Assembly: GCF_001564455.1 (NCBI RefSeq)
Contig: NZ_CP011391.1
Coordinates: 1,200,001-1,232,000 of the forward strand
Reading direction: 5' to 3'
Length of the DNA: 32,000 nucleotides
Source: Faecalibaculum rodentium
Lineage (GTDB): Bacteria > Bacillota_I > Bacilli_A > Erysipelotrichales > Erysipelotrichaceae
The notes beneath the pieces were generated by a model that was not told where the DNA came from, searched no databases, and saw only the letters and a list, made by a program, of their open reading frames with translations. The translations under genes and the position numbers were made by a program. Position 1 is the stretch's first letter, and the number at the start of each line of letters is the position of its first letter. Shown one piece after another: positions 16,700 to 25,797 of the stretch.

Positions 16700-18823
16700 C
16701 TATTCTTCCAGACGGAGCGGATGCATCGTCACTTCCAGCTTGACCGGTCCATGTCCCAGCGCATGCACGATGTCCCATACGGTATGCAGCAGCCGGTCAT
16801 CATCCCGGTCCTTGATCACCAGACGGACTCTGTGTTTCTGCTGGCGCATGGAAATGGTGACCGGTCCCAGGATCCGCTGGTCCCTGCAATGACTGACAGC
16901 CTGCCGGGCACGTTCCATGACTGTCTCCGGTTTCGAATGGGAGAACACCAGCATGGCCATATAGATGTAGGGAGGATAGTCTCCCAGATGCCGATACTGC
17001 ATTTCCCGGCGAAAAAACGACTGATATCCATGGGACCGGACTGACTGTAGGACATAATGAGACGGATCGAAGGTCTGGATCATGACCTCCCCCGGTTTTT
17101 CCCCGCGCCCTGACCGGCCGGAAGCCTGTTCCAGCATCTCATAGGCTGATTCGGCTGCCCTGTAATCCGAGCGGATGAGGGCATTGTCCGCCTGCAGGAT
17201 ACCAACGAGCGTCACATTGGGAAAGTCCAGCCCTTTGGCCACCATCTGGGTTCCGACAAGGATATCCGCCCCATGCGAAAATCTGTCCAGCAATGCCTTG
17301 TGGGCACCTTTTTTCCGGGTGCTGTCCGCATCCATCCGAAGAATGCGGGCGTCCGGAAAGAGTGTCTGCAGAGTGTCTTCCAGTTTTTCCGTTCCCATTC
17401 CGACAGGGGCAGTATGCGTGGAACCGCATGCCGGACAAACCGGATCATACCGGAAACTGCGGTCACAGCTGTGACAGACCAGCCGGTTTTCCTTTTTATG
17501 ATACGACAGTGCAATCCCGCAATCCGGGCAGATGCGCACATCATGACAGTCTGCACAGCGAACCACCGGCAGATATCCCCGCCGGTTCAGAAGCAGGATC
17601 ACCTGCTCCTTTCTCTCCAGCCGGCTTTGAATGGCATCCAGCAGCGTTTGCGAGAAACCGTCTCTGACAGTTTCCTTCGACATATCCAGCAGTCGGATCT
17701 CCGGCATCTGGAAATTGACCCGTTCCGGAAGCTGCACCAGTTCATATACGTGTTTCAGAGTGCGCGCATAGGATTCCAGACTCGGAGTCGCGCTGGCCAT
17801 CACAACCTTGCAGCCATGATGCGCCGCCCGGTGCAGAACCACATCCCGGGTATGATACCGGGGCATGGAGTCCTGCATATAGGAGGCATCGTGTTCCTCA
17901 TCCATGAGGATCAGCCCCAGGTTGTCAAAGGGCATGAAGCAGGCAGATCTCGTCCCGACGACGATTCTGGCTTTTCCCTCTTTCACATGCTGATACTGAG
18001 CGTATTTTTCCTGAGGAGACAGATAGGAATGATACACCGCGATCTGGTCCTGAAACCTGGCCATGACCCGCTGCGTCATCATGGGAGTCAGGCCGATTTC
18101 CGGTACCAGGAACAGAACCTGTTTTCCCTGCTCCAGAGCTTCCTGTGCGAGACGCAGAAAAACCTCCGTTTTCCCCGATCCCGTCACTCCATGGAGAAGA
18201 AAGACAGAGGCTTTGGACTGTCGAATCTGCTCCAGGGCCTGCATCTGGCCCGGCCGGAGTTCCGGCGGGACATCCTTTGCAGGCAGCGTGATCAGATCCC
18301 GGTCCTTTGGTCTGTCAACGCTTTTCAGGAATCCTTTTTCCAGAAGAGAGCGGGTCATGGAAGCCGAAATCCGTCTGGCCTGTGCTGCGGGAACAGGTAG
18401 CTGCAGTCCCGACAGAAAGGACTCCTGTTTTCCGGTGAGCTTTGCACCATCGGCTGGAATGCCCTGTTCAAGCCATTGTTCCATAACCACTTTGCTGTGC
18501 CCGGTTTTCGGACGCATGGCCGGAGGCAGCATGGTTTTCAGGACCGAGATCACCGAAGCGCAGCAGCGGTCGGACAGCCACCCGGACAGCTCGAAGAGTT
18601 CATCATTCAGCAGCGGTGCCTTGTCCAGTACCTGGCTGACTGGAAGAATCTTACGGCTGGTCTCCGGTTCTTTGGCCAGTGCGGCCACAATCGCAGTGAG
18701 TTCCCGGGGACCGAAAGGCACCACCACCCGGCAGCCGGGCTGAACCGGCTCGTCGCAGGAATACGTGAAGAGCTGATTCAGACTCAGAGCAGAATGCTCG
18801 ACATAGACTTTGACATAGTTCAT
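16700..18823 (-). CDS. priA: Primosomal replication-restart helicase PriA
   Basis: 707 aa with Walker A GVTGSGKTEV, DEEHD, a Cys-rich Zn insertion (CADCHDVRICPDCGIALSYHK..LVCHSC...CPACGS) and the QASGRSGR motif. Confidence 0.95.
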   Translation of the reverse strand: MNYVKVYVEHSALSLNQLFTYSCDEPVQPGCRVVVPFGPRELTAIVAALAKEPETSRKILPVSQVLDKAPLLNDELFELSGWLSDRCCASVISVLKTMLPPAMRPKTGHSKVVMEQWLEQGIPADGAKLTGKQESFLSGLQLPVPAAQARRISASMTRSLLEKGFLKSVDRPKDRDLITLPAKDVPPELRPGQMQALEQIRQSKASVFLLHGVTGSGKTEVFLRLAQEALEQGKQVLFLVPEIGLTPMMTQRVMARFQDQIAVYHSYLSPQEKYAQYQHVKEGKARIVVGTRSACFMPFDNLGLILMDEEHDASYMQDSMPRYHTRDVVLHRAAHHGCKVVMASATPSLESYARTLKHVYELVQLPERVNFQMPEIRLLDMSKETVRDGFSQTLLDAIQSRLERKEQVILLLNRRGYLPVVRCADCHDVRICPDCGIALSYHKKENRLVCHSCDRSFRYDPVCPACGSTHTAPVGMGTEKLEDTLQTLFPDARILRMDADSTRKKGAHKALLDRFSHGADILVGTQMVAKGLDFPNVTLVGILQADNALIRSDYRAAESAYEMLEQASGRSGRGEKPGEVMIQTFDPSHYVLQSVRSHGYQSFFRREMQYRHLGDYPPYIYMAMLVFSHSKPETVMERARQAVSHCRDQRILGPVTISMRQQKHRVRLVIKDRDDDRLLHTVWDIVHALGHGPVKLEVTMHPLRLEE

Positions 18824-19674
18824 TGACAGAGCCAGGTTTTCAGGTTGGCCTCCGGGTCCAGATGGTATGTCAGTCCCGTCGCTGCAGTCGCCAGTGCTGT
18901 TACACCGGGACCATGGCCGCTTGTAAAGGAATCGGAGTGAACAATCACGCCAATCGTCACGGCCCCTTTCCGGTAATGCGGGCCATAGGAAGCTTCATGA
19001 TCCTGAATGGCGACCAGGTCTCCAAAACGCAGCCGGTCCAGTCCCAGCCGCTTCACTTCCTCGCGATCCTGCGTCATGATGTCATAATCTCCTTCCATCA
19101 GCGTCTGTTCGCCGATGCCGGCCCCCATCATATAGGCGGGTATGACCGCAGCCACCGGAAAGGACAGACCCTCGGGTGTTTCGCGGACAGGCAGTTTCTC
19201 CAGAAGACCCGGATCCAGGTTCATCACAAACACATCCGGGTGATCCAGCAGCTTCAGCCCCTGCCCCCTGGCCCGGATCAGGAACGTTTCACTGCCTTCC
19301 ATCCCCTCCAGCACATCCTTCGGAAGCCAGACCATGGTATGTTCCACACCACCATGGGTTCCTGTCACATACCCGACAGCCCCTTTCATGGGGCCAGAGA
19401 TGATTTTTGCCGGATTTCCCACACAGGCAAGGGTTTCTAGTGCATGGTTCCTGCCATCCTCCGGATTGCGCAAAGAAACGCCAGGTTCCACGTGATCCCC
19501 CGCCACCTGCATGCAGTTGTCACCTATGGCATGGGAATAGGTGATGCCGCCGGTTCCCACACAGCGTCTTCCCTTACCGTCATATCCTGTATAGAAGCCC
19601 CGCATCCGCGGATGATCGACGGATCCATTGACCGCAATTTCCACCAGTTCCTGTTCATTTGTGTTCAGCTTCAT
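18820..19674 (-). CDS. Conserved hypothetical protein, 284 aa. It possibly belongs to the family I recall as DUF4438.
   Basis: Clean ORF with RBS AGGAGAA 6 nt before the ATG at 19674. Its stop overlaps the priA ATG (ATGA). I see no catalytic motif. The ORF-track start at 19716 is an extension. Confidence 0.5.
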   Translation of the reverse strand: MKLNTNEQELVEIAVNGSVDHPRMRGFYTGYDGKGRRCVGTGGITYSHAIGDNCMQVAGDHVEPGVSLRNPEDGRNHALETLACVGNPAKIISGPMKGAVGYVTGTHGGVEHTMVWLPKDVLEGMEGSETFLIRARGQGLKLLDHPDVFVMNLDPGLLEKLPVRETPEGLSFPVAAVIPAYMMGAGIGEQTLMEGDYDIMTQDREEVKRLGLDRLRFGDLVAIQDHEASYGPHYRKGAVTIGVIVHSDSFTSGHGPGVTALATAATGLTYHLDPEANLKTWLCQ

Positions 19675-20401
19675 ATTGTTCTCCTGCATAGGCAAAGGCA
19701 AAGACAGCCGCTGCACTGGGGGTGTCCAGGGCGGCTTTCATATCTGAAAGATACGGGATATAAAGATTCTGACCGGCTGCATCCGTCACTGTACGGGACA
19801 GCCCGCGCAATGCACCGCCAATGCAGAGACAGAAAGAGGCTGGCCAGTGAAACCCGAAAACCGGACGCGCATCCTTGCGCTCCGCACAAAGAATTGGGAT
19901 CCCCGCCGACTGCATCCACCCGGTCAGATCCTCCGGCCGCTGCACGCAGGCAACGGAGAGCCTGGCAAAGGTTCCCGCACTTGCCCTCATGACAACAGGC
20001 TGCACTGCATCCCAGTTTCTGGCGGGAAGCACCAGCAGTGTACATCCCGCGGCATACAAAGTCCGGCATACGCTGCCAAGATTGTGCGGATCCTCCACAC
20101 CTTCCACATAGCAGACAAACCCGGCGTGTGTGCCGGTTTTCTTCAGTTCAGGTATCTGCACCGGTTCTGTTTCCAGAAGCATCCCTCCGTGACTTTTCGA
20201 ACCGCTGCGCTCATCAAGCGTTTTCCGGCTGCAGGGCATAACCGGGATCCCGGCTTCCCTGGCTTTCCGGATGATCCAGGAAAAATCCCTGGTTCTCTTT
20301 TTCTCATCTGTATAGAGGATTCGCGTCCGCCCGGGATGTGTTTCAATCATCGCCTTGCAGGAGAGCGTTCCTTCAAGCAGTATCGTTTCCATGCCACTCA
20401 T
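19655..20401 (-). CDS. SpoU/TrmH-family RNA 2'-O-methyltransferase
   Basis: SpoU motifs VEDPHNLGSVCRTLYAAG, CIGGALRGLS and IPYLSDMKAALDTPSAAAVFAFA. RBS AGGAGGG lies 8 nt before the ATG at 20401. The 3' end overlaps the next gene by 20 nt. Confidence 0.75.
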   Translation of the reverse strand: MSGMETILLEGTLSCKAMIETHPGRTRILYTDEKKRTRDFSWIIRKAREAGIPVMPCSRKTLDERSGSKSHGGMLLETEPVQIPELKKTGTHAGFVCYVEGVEDPHNLGSVCRTLYAAGCTLLVLPARNWDAVQPVVMRASAGTFARLSVACVQRPEDLTGWMQSAGIPILCAERKDARPVFGFHWPASFCLCIGGALRGLSRTVTDAAGQNLYIPYLSDMKAALDTPSAAAVFAFAYAGEQYEAEHK

Positions 20402-20619
20402 TATACCATCCCTCCTGCAGCAGGCTGATGACTCTGCGTTTCCCCGGGCGACATCCAGCTCCCAGTGTTTCACCACAGACCACAGGCCGTAAATGCTCGC
20501 CGTCTCGCCGTATGGAATCCCTGGGTGCGCTCACACCTGTTTCTCATGTTTTTCTGAATCTTGGATTGTACACAGGACTATGCACAGAGCATATGGTATC
20601 TTCATGGAAGGAGGAACCT

Positions 20620-21771
20620 ATGAAAGTTGAAATCAACCGGGATATGCGCCGGAAGATCATTATTTATTCCTGTTCCCTTGGATTTGCCATCATCCTGTTC
20701 ACGTTGATCAACCATCTGGACAGTGTCATGGATGTCATAAGCCGGATCCTGTCTGTCCTGGGTCCATTTCTGTTCGGCATTGCCATTGCCTTTTTGATGA
20801 ACAAACCCATGGAGTGGTTTGACCGTCAGTTCCGGAACCGGACAAGCCTGAAACCTGGAAAATGCCGGCTCCTTGCGGTCCTGACAGTCTTTGTGCTGAT
20901 GATCCTGTTCATCACCCTGAGTTTTTCCGTGGTGGTTCCCAGTCTTTTGGACTCCATTCGACAGTTTGTCAACAGCCTGACAGACTATTCCAGCACCCTG
21001 GGACGGTATATCAACTATCTTTCTGATGCGATCGGGCTCAGTCCCAGTCAGTCGGAAACCCTGATCACCCAGCTGGATCTGTTTCCATCCATATCGAAGG
21101 CAGTCCAGCAGTACCTGCCGAGAATCGCAGACATGGGCATGGATGTTGTGAAGTTCCTGATGAACTTCCTGATTGCCATGGCTGCAGCCGCCTATATCCT
21201 CCTCGACAAGGAAAAACTGCTGATGGGACTGCAGAAGCTGAACTATTCCCTGTTTTCCACAGATGCGGCGAATTATCTCACATTGTATTCCAGGGACGTC
21301 CAGCATGTATTTGAACAGTACATCGTGGGGAACCTGATTGATTCTCTGATTGTGGGTCTCATCACCTATGTCGGCTGTCTGCTGATGGGCTTTCCCTACG
21401 CCCCGATGTTTGCATTCATTGTGGGAGTCACCAATGTGATTCCTGTTTTTGGCCCGTTTCTGGGTGCCATTCCCGTTATCATCATCCTGCTGCTGATCAA
21501 GACCTGGTATGCAGTCATGTTTGCCATATTCATCCTGATCCTGCAGCAGATTGACGGCAACGTCCTCAAGCCCATCATCCTGGGGGACAAACTCGGGATC
21601 TCCGGCTTCTGGATCCTGTTTTCCGTTTCCGTAGGAGGATCTCTGTTCGGGATTCTGGGAATGTTCCTTGGCGTACCGGTATTCGCACTCATCTATGCCG
21701 GTATACGTGATCTTGCAGAAATGCGTCTGAAAGAAAAAAACATTCATCTGGAAGAAAAAGCGGGCACATGA
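20620..21771 (+). CDS. AI-2E family transporter (PerM/UPF0118 permease)
   Basis: 383-aa polytopic protein with the typical C-terminal half ...NVIPVFGPFLGAIPVIIILL...LQQIDGNVLKPIILG. RBS GGAAGGAGG precedes the ATG at 20620. The ORF-track start at 20338 is an extension. Confidence 0.8.
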   Translation: MKVEINRDMRRKIIIYSCSLGFAIILFTLINHLDSVMDVISRILSVLGPFLFGIAIAFLMNKPMEWFDRQFRNRTSLKPGKCRLLAVLTVFVLMILFITLSFSVVVPSLLDSIRQFVNSLTDYSSTLGRYINYLSDAIGLSPSQSETLITQLDLFPSISKAVQQYLPRIADMGMDVVKFLMNFLIAMAAAAYILLDKEKLLMGLQKLNYSLFSTDAANYLTLYSRDVQHVFEQYIVGNLIDSLIVGLITYVGCLLMGFPYAPMFAFIVGVTNVIPVFGPFLGAIPVIIILLLIKTWYAVMFAIFILILQQIDGNVLKPIILGDKLGISGFWILFSVSVGGSLFGILGMFLGVPVFALIYAGIRDLAEMRLKEKNIHLEEKAGT

Positions 21772-21781
21772 CCCGTTTTTT

Positions 21782-21811
21782 TTGACTTGTTTCGACTACC
21801 ATGGGTACAGT
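21782..21811 (+). promoter_or_regulatory. Candidate promoter for the 21861 gene
   Basis: TTGACT, 18-nt spacer, TACAGT. If real, it excludes the ATG at 21801 as a start codon. Confidence 0.35.
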
Positions 21812-21860
21812 CAGAGCATCTGCCTGTCTGCTGGCAGATCATGGAAATGGAGGAATACAG

Positions 21861-22739
21861 TTGGAGTTTATCCTGGAAATACTGGAGCATTCCCTGGAAG
21901 ATACCTGGGCAATGCTTCCGCTGCTGTTTGCAGCTTATCTCGTCATCGAATGGTTTGAACGGCGACCCGGTGATGACAGCCCGATGTTCTATGCCCTGCA
22001 GAAATATGGCCCGCTCGTCGGCGCGTTGATCGGTCTGATTCCCCAGTGCGGGTTCTCGATTCTCGCCGGAATGCTCTTCATGCAGGGAAACATCACACTG
22101 GGAACCATGATCGCGGTTTTTGTGGCCACGAGCGACGAAGCGATACCCATACTCCTGTCACACCCTGACCTCTATGGATCGCTGGTGCTGATTCTGATCC
22201 TGAAGTTCATTGTGGCGGTTCTGGCAGGTTACCTGACTGACCGTCTGTTTCCCCAGAGTATACAGAGGTTTGAGGACTTGCCCGAAGAGGAGCAGGAAGA
22301 AGAATTGGAAAAGGACACTGCCACAGCCGGGGCCTGTCCCTGCTGTTACCCCGATATACCGATCTGGAAAAGTGCCCTGCTCCGGACGCTGAAAATCTAC
22401 GCCTGGGTATTTGCTGTTACAGTTCTCTTCACAGCCCTGGTCCACTGGGTGGGAGAAGAAACACTGGCGGGATTCCTGCTGACCGGCAGCTGGTTTCAGC
22501 CGCTGCTGGCAGCCCTGTTCGGATTCATCCCCAACTGCGCGGCAACAGTCGTTCTCACCGAGCTGTTTGAATTCGGGACCCTGAGCTTCGGAAGCCTGTT
22601 CGCCGGTCTGGTCTCCAATGCCGGACTCGGACCTCTCGTGCTGATTCAGTATCATGCGCCGTGGAAAACAGTGCTGCGCGTTTTTCTCATCCTGCTGATC
22701 ACAGGCACGGTTTCCGGCATGCTGCTGCAGCTGCTGTGA
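21861..22739 (+). CDS. Polytopic membrane protein resembling the putative metal (Mn/As) exporter family (ArsP_2-like). It has an acidic loop with a CPCC motif.
   Basis: About 10 predicted TM segments, the motif GLIPQCGFS mirrored by GFIPNCAAT (an internal two-fold repeat), and the central loop EEEQEEELEKDTATAGACPCCYPD. I prefer the TTG start at 21861 because GGAGGAA lies 5 nt upstream. Confidence 0.5.
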   Translation: MEFILEILEHSLEDTWAMLPLLFAAYLVIEWFERRPGDDSPMFYALQKYGPLVGALIGLIPQCGFSILAGMLFMQGNITLGTMIAVFVATSDEAIPILLSHPDLYGSLVLILILKFIVAVLAGYLTDRLFPQSIQRFEDLPEEEQEEELEKDTATAGACPCCYPDIPIWKSALLRTLKIYAWVFAVTVLFTALVHWVGEETLAGFLLTGSWFQPLLAALFGFIPNCAATVVLTELFEFGTLSFGSLFAGLVSNAGLGPLVLIQYHAPWKTVLRVFLILLITGTVSGMLLQLL

Positions 22740-22752
22740 TTCCCGATTCTGT

Positions 22753-22788
22753 CCGGCTGCGGCCTTGCGCTGCGGCCGGTCTTTTTCT
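22753..22788 (+). terminator. Intrinsic terminator of the 21861-22739 gene, which is also the homing site of the IIC intron
   Basis: 11-bp stem at 22753-22779 (CCGGCTGCGGC / GCGCTGCGGCCGG, including G-U pairs), loop CTTGC, then TCTTTTTCT. Confidence 0.8.
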
Positions 22789-22789
22789 G

Positions 22790-24698
22790 GTGTGCCCGGC
22801 ATGGCATACATCTAGGTGGTGAAAGTCCACTATGGGAGCGTATCATCGCAACCGCTAACCATTAGCCCAAGGCAAGGGGCTCTCTGGTAACAGGAGTTCT
22901 GAAAGAAGCCCGGCGGCAAAGTTCCGGCCTGAGGAACACGAATCGCATATAAGGCCATAGACGGAGACGAGCGTGCCAGACAGTGCAAATCATAATAGTT
23001 GCGGATGACTGTCTGTGGTAGATGCGGCAGGTGTATGGAATGAAAGATGTATGACCTTACCCGGGGAGGTCCTGTCAGCGAAAGGAACCATCAAGCCACG
23101 ATGACACGCCTTCCGCAGTAACAACGAATGGCAGGAAGTCAGCCGAGGCCATAGTAACGAGGAAGTCCCTGTAATGGGGATGGAGTGAAGGGCCGAACGT
23201 ACAATTTACTGCAAATATCAGGAATGCTTCCTGCACGAAAAACCGAGAAAGGACAAACCCAGAGAGCCCCTGAAGATGAGTAAGGAAGGGCAGTGCGGGA
23301 ACACGTGAAAGAAAGGGGCAGTCATGGACCAAATAAGACTGATACAGCCGGAAGACCTGAGCACACAGGAAATCTTCTCCATGGAGAACCTGACCAATGC
23401 GTGCAGACAGGTACGGCGAAACAATGGAGCTGCAGGGGTAGATGGAGTCAAAGCCAGAGAACTTCCTGCCTGCCCCGGAGAGTATTGGGAGCGACTGCGG
23501 GAACAGATACTGGACCGCAGTTATAAACCACTGCCAGCCAAAAGGACCGATACCCCGAAACCGGATGGGAGCATGCAGGGGCTCAATGTCCCGGCTGCCA
23601 GAGATAGAGTCATACAGGCCTGTCTGGCAAACTATCTGGATTATAGGAAGGACTTCGAGATGAGCAACAGCTCATACGGGTTCAGGAAGAACAGGAGATG
23701 TGAACAGGCGATACTGAAAGGCCTTGAGTTCATGAACGACGGGTATGACTGGATCGTCGACATCGACCTGAGGAAATTCTTCGACACGGTGGACCAGGAC
23801 AGACTGATACGACTGATAGACAACCTGTTTCACAACAGAGATATAACTGCCCTGACGAGGAAATTCGTCAGGGCAGGAGTCATGATAGACGGCAAACTGA
23901 CCAGGACGGAAAGGGGTATCCCACAGGGAGGACCGCTTTCACCGGTACTGGCCAACATCTATCTGGACCAGGCCGACAAGGAACTGGAAAGCAGAGGGCT
24001 GAGATTCACGAGATACGCAGACGATATGCTCATCTATGTGAAGTCGGAAGCCGCCGCCAACAGGGTGATGAAGTCATTCAGCAATCATCTGGAAAAGAAG
24101 CTGAAGCTGGAAGTGAATGCTTCAAAATCGAAAGTGGCCAGACCGGATGAAGTGAAATATCTGGGGTTTGGTTTTACAAAGAACAAAAGGGAATGGAAGG
24201 CGATACCGCATGAGAAATCCATCCATGAGTTCGAACAGAAGATGATGAAGCTGACGAAGCGGAACTGGAGCGTATCCCTTGAAGAAAGAATGGAAAAAAT
24301 CAACCAAGTCATCAGGGGATGGAGCAATTATTTCAGATGCGCATGGATGTATAAAAAGAACATGCGGAAACTGGACAGCAAGCTCCGGAGAAGAATCAGG
24401 GCCATTATCTGGAAGCAGTGGAAAAGCATCAGGAAAAAAGAAGAGAGCCTCATCAAACTGGGATGTCCCAGAGACAAGGCTCACTCATATGCGTGTGCAC
24501 GACAAGGATGTGTCCGTTGTGCAGTCACGTTCCTGAACAAGTATATCAGAAATATACACCTGAAGAAGAAAGGCCTCCTGACCATAGAGGAATACTTCGA
24601 TACGGTGGCAGAAAGGTTCATGAAATCATTTGTACGAACCGCCCAGTGCCGAACGGCACGCTGGGTGGTGTGAGAGGGTCTGATGACACCTACTCGAT
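22790..24698 (+). mobile_element. Complete group II intron, bacterial class C (IIC), copy B, 1909 nt
   Basis: The 5' end GTGTGCCCGGCATGG..., and the internal blocks CTGAGGAACACGAA, TTACCCGGGGAGGTC and GAAGTCAGC...CATAGTA, match what I recall of the Oceanobacillus iheyensis IIC intron. Domain V (24637-24670) has a CGC triad, a 2-nt bulge and a GAAC loop. Domain VI has a bulged A at 24692, 7 nt from the 3' end. The ORF lies in domain IV. Confidence 0.9.
23324..24673 (+). CDS. Group II intron reverse transcriptase/maturase (copy B)
   Basis: 449 aa, differing from copy A at 5 residues (I77T, R86Q, E128Q, I208V, Y255H). YADD motif intact. Confidence 0.95.
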   Translation: MDQIRLIQPEDLSTQEIFSMENLTNACRQVRRNNGAAGVDGVKARELPACPGEYWERLREQILDRSYKPLPAKRTDTPKPDGSMQGLNVPAARDRVIQACLANYLDYRKDFEMSNSSYGFRKNRRCEQAILKGLEFMNDGYDWIVDIDLRKFFDTVDQDRLIRLIDNLFHNRDITALTRKFVRAGVMIDGKLTRTERGIPQGGPLSPVLANIYLDQADKELESRGLRFTRYADDMLIYVKSEAAANRVMKSFSNHLEKKLKLEVNASKSKVARPDEVKYLGFGFTKNKREWKAIPHEKSIHEFEQKMMKLTKRNWSVSLEERMEKINQVIRGWSNYFRCAWMYKKNMRKLDSKLRRRIRAIIWKQWKSIRKKEESLIKLGCPRDKAHSYACARQGCVRCAVTFLNKYIRNIHLKKKGLLTIEEYFDTVAERFMKSFVRTAQCRTARWVV

Positions 24699-24787
24699 TA
24701 CCTGGGCCGACCGGATGTCCGGCATATGACAGCTTCGGACAAGTAAGAAATAACAGACAGTCATGAACCTTCAGGAGCGTCCAGGAC

Positions 24788-24813
24788 AACAGAAAAGCAG
24801 CCTGCCTGGCTGC
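24788..24813 (-). terminator. Intrinsic terminator of the yitT-like gene
   Basis: Minus strand reads GCAGCC-aggca-GGCTGC followed by TTTTCT. Confidence 0.6.
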
Positions 24814-24821
24814 CTGCTGGA

Positions 24822-25730
24822 TCATTCGATGGGCTGCTGGTAAAAAGAGCCATAAAAACTGTTGGTCGAAAGCGTGTTGACGATCACCGTGGGATCCACA
24901 CGCCGGACATTGGCGATCACATCCGGGAGCTCATAAGACGAAATCACGGCCTGACAGATATAATACCGCCTGCCGGAATAGGCCCCGGTTGCGTCAATGA
25001 TGGACATGCCATGATGACAGACGGTAAAGAAAGCATCTGCAACCTGATCCGGATCCGTAGTCGTGAACTGCACCGTGACCTGTGAGTACCGCTGATACAG
25101 CGAAGATATGGATTTTGTTGACAGGAACTGAAACAGGATCGAATACCCCGCTGCCATCCAGCCAAAAGAGAAGCCATACAGAACATACATGACACAGTTG
25201 GCATAAAAGACGTATTCAAAAATGCTTTTGTGCAGCTTTGTGCTGACATACTGTGCAATAAAGTCAGTTCCACCGGTGCTGCCTCCCGCCCGGAGCGCAA
25301 GGGCTATGGTGAACCCCCAGCCGATCCCGCCAAAGAGGATATTCAGCACTTTGTCTTCCACCAGAGGCGTGAACGTGAAGATCTCCAGAAACAGGGATAC
25401 GAGGGTAAACTGAATCGCCGTCAGCATGACAAACCGCTTGGAAATCCGTTTGTAGGCCCAGATGGCTGCCGGCACATTGAGCACCAGAATGCCGACGGAT
25501 GTGGAAAAGGGGATCCCGATTCTGGCCAGCACCTTCTGCATGAACAGGGCGATTCCTGTAAAGCCTCCGGAAATCAGGTTGCAGGGATCCATGAACACCT
25601 GCATCACGAAGGTCTGGCCAAGGGCACTGAGGACAATCATGGTCAGGGACAGCATCAGATGAATGTGTTTGTTCTGTTTGTCCAGTTCCCTGAGGCTGGG
25701 CATCTGTTTGAGAGGATTGGTCGGTTTCAT
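24822..25730 (-). CDS. YitT-family membrane protein (DUF2179-type C-terminal domain)
   Basis: 302 aa from the ATG at 25730, with RBS AAAGGTGA. It has five or six TM segments with GGFTGIAL and GGSTGGTDF motifs, then a soluble C-terminal domain. The ORF-track start at 25739 is a GTG. Confidence 0.8.
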   Translation of the reverse strand: MKPTNPLKQMPSLRELDKQNKHIHLMLSLTMIVLSALGQTFVMQVFMDPCNLISGGFTGIALFMQKVLARIGIPFSTSVGILVLNVPAAIWAYKRISKRFVMLTAIQFTLVSLFLEIFTFTPLVEDKVLNILFGGIGWGFTIALALRAGGSTGGTDFIAQYVSTKLHKSIFEYVFYANCVMYVLYGFSFGWMAAGYSILFQFLSTKSISSLYQRYSQVTVQFTTTDPDQVADAFFTVCHHGMSIIDATGAYSGRRYYICQAVISSYELPDVIANVRRVDPTVIVNTLSTNSFYGSFYQQPIE

Positions 25731-25797
25731 GTGATTCACCTTTCATGAGATATCATAGCCGATTTTGCAACAGAACCCGCAGCGAATCAACCGCCAG

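Noticed and set aside
8083-21747. Other long antisense ORFs: 8083-8910, 9995-11173, 15458-16192, 17273-18400, 18823-19440 and 20602-21747
   Set aside because: Each lies opposite a confidently identified gene (rpe/rsgA, prkC, rsmB, priA, the 284-aa ORF, the AI-2E permease) and has no motif or RBS support.
75-24673. Whether the reverse transcriptases could mark a retron, DGR or Abi-type defence system
   Set aside because: Both RTs sit inside complete group II intron RNA structures with domains V and VI directly downstream and a maturase X domain. There is no msr/msd-like repeat, no template/variable repeat pair and no effector gene.
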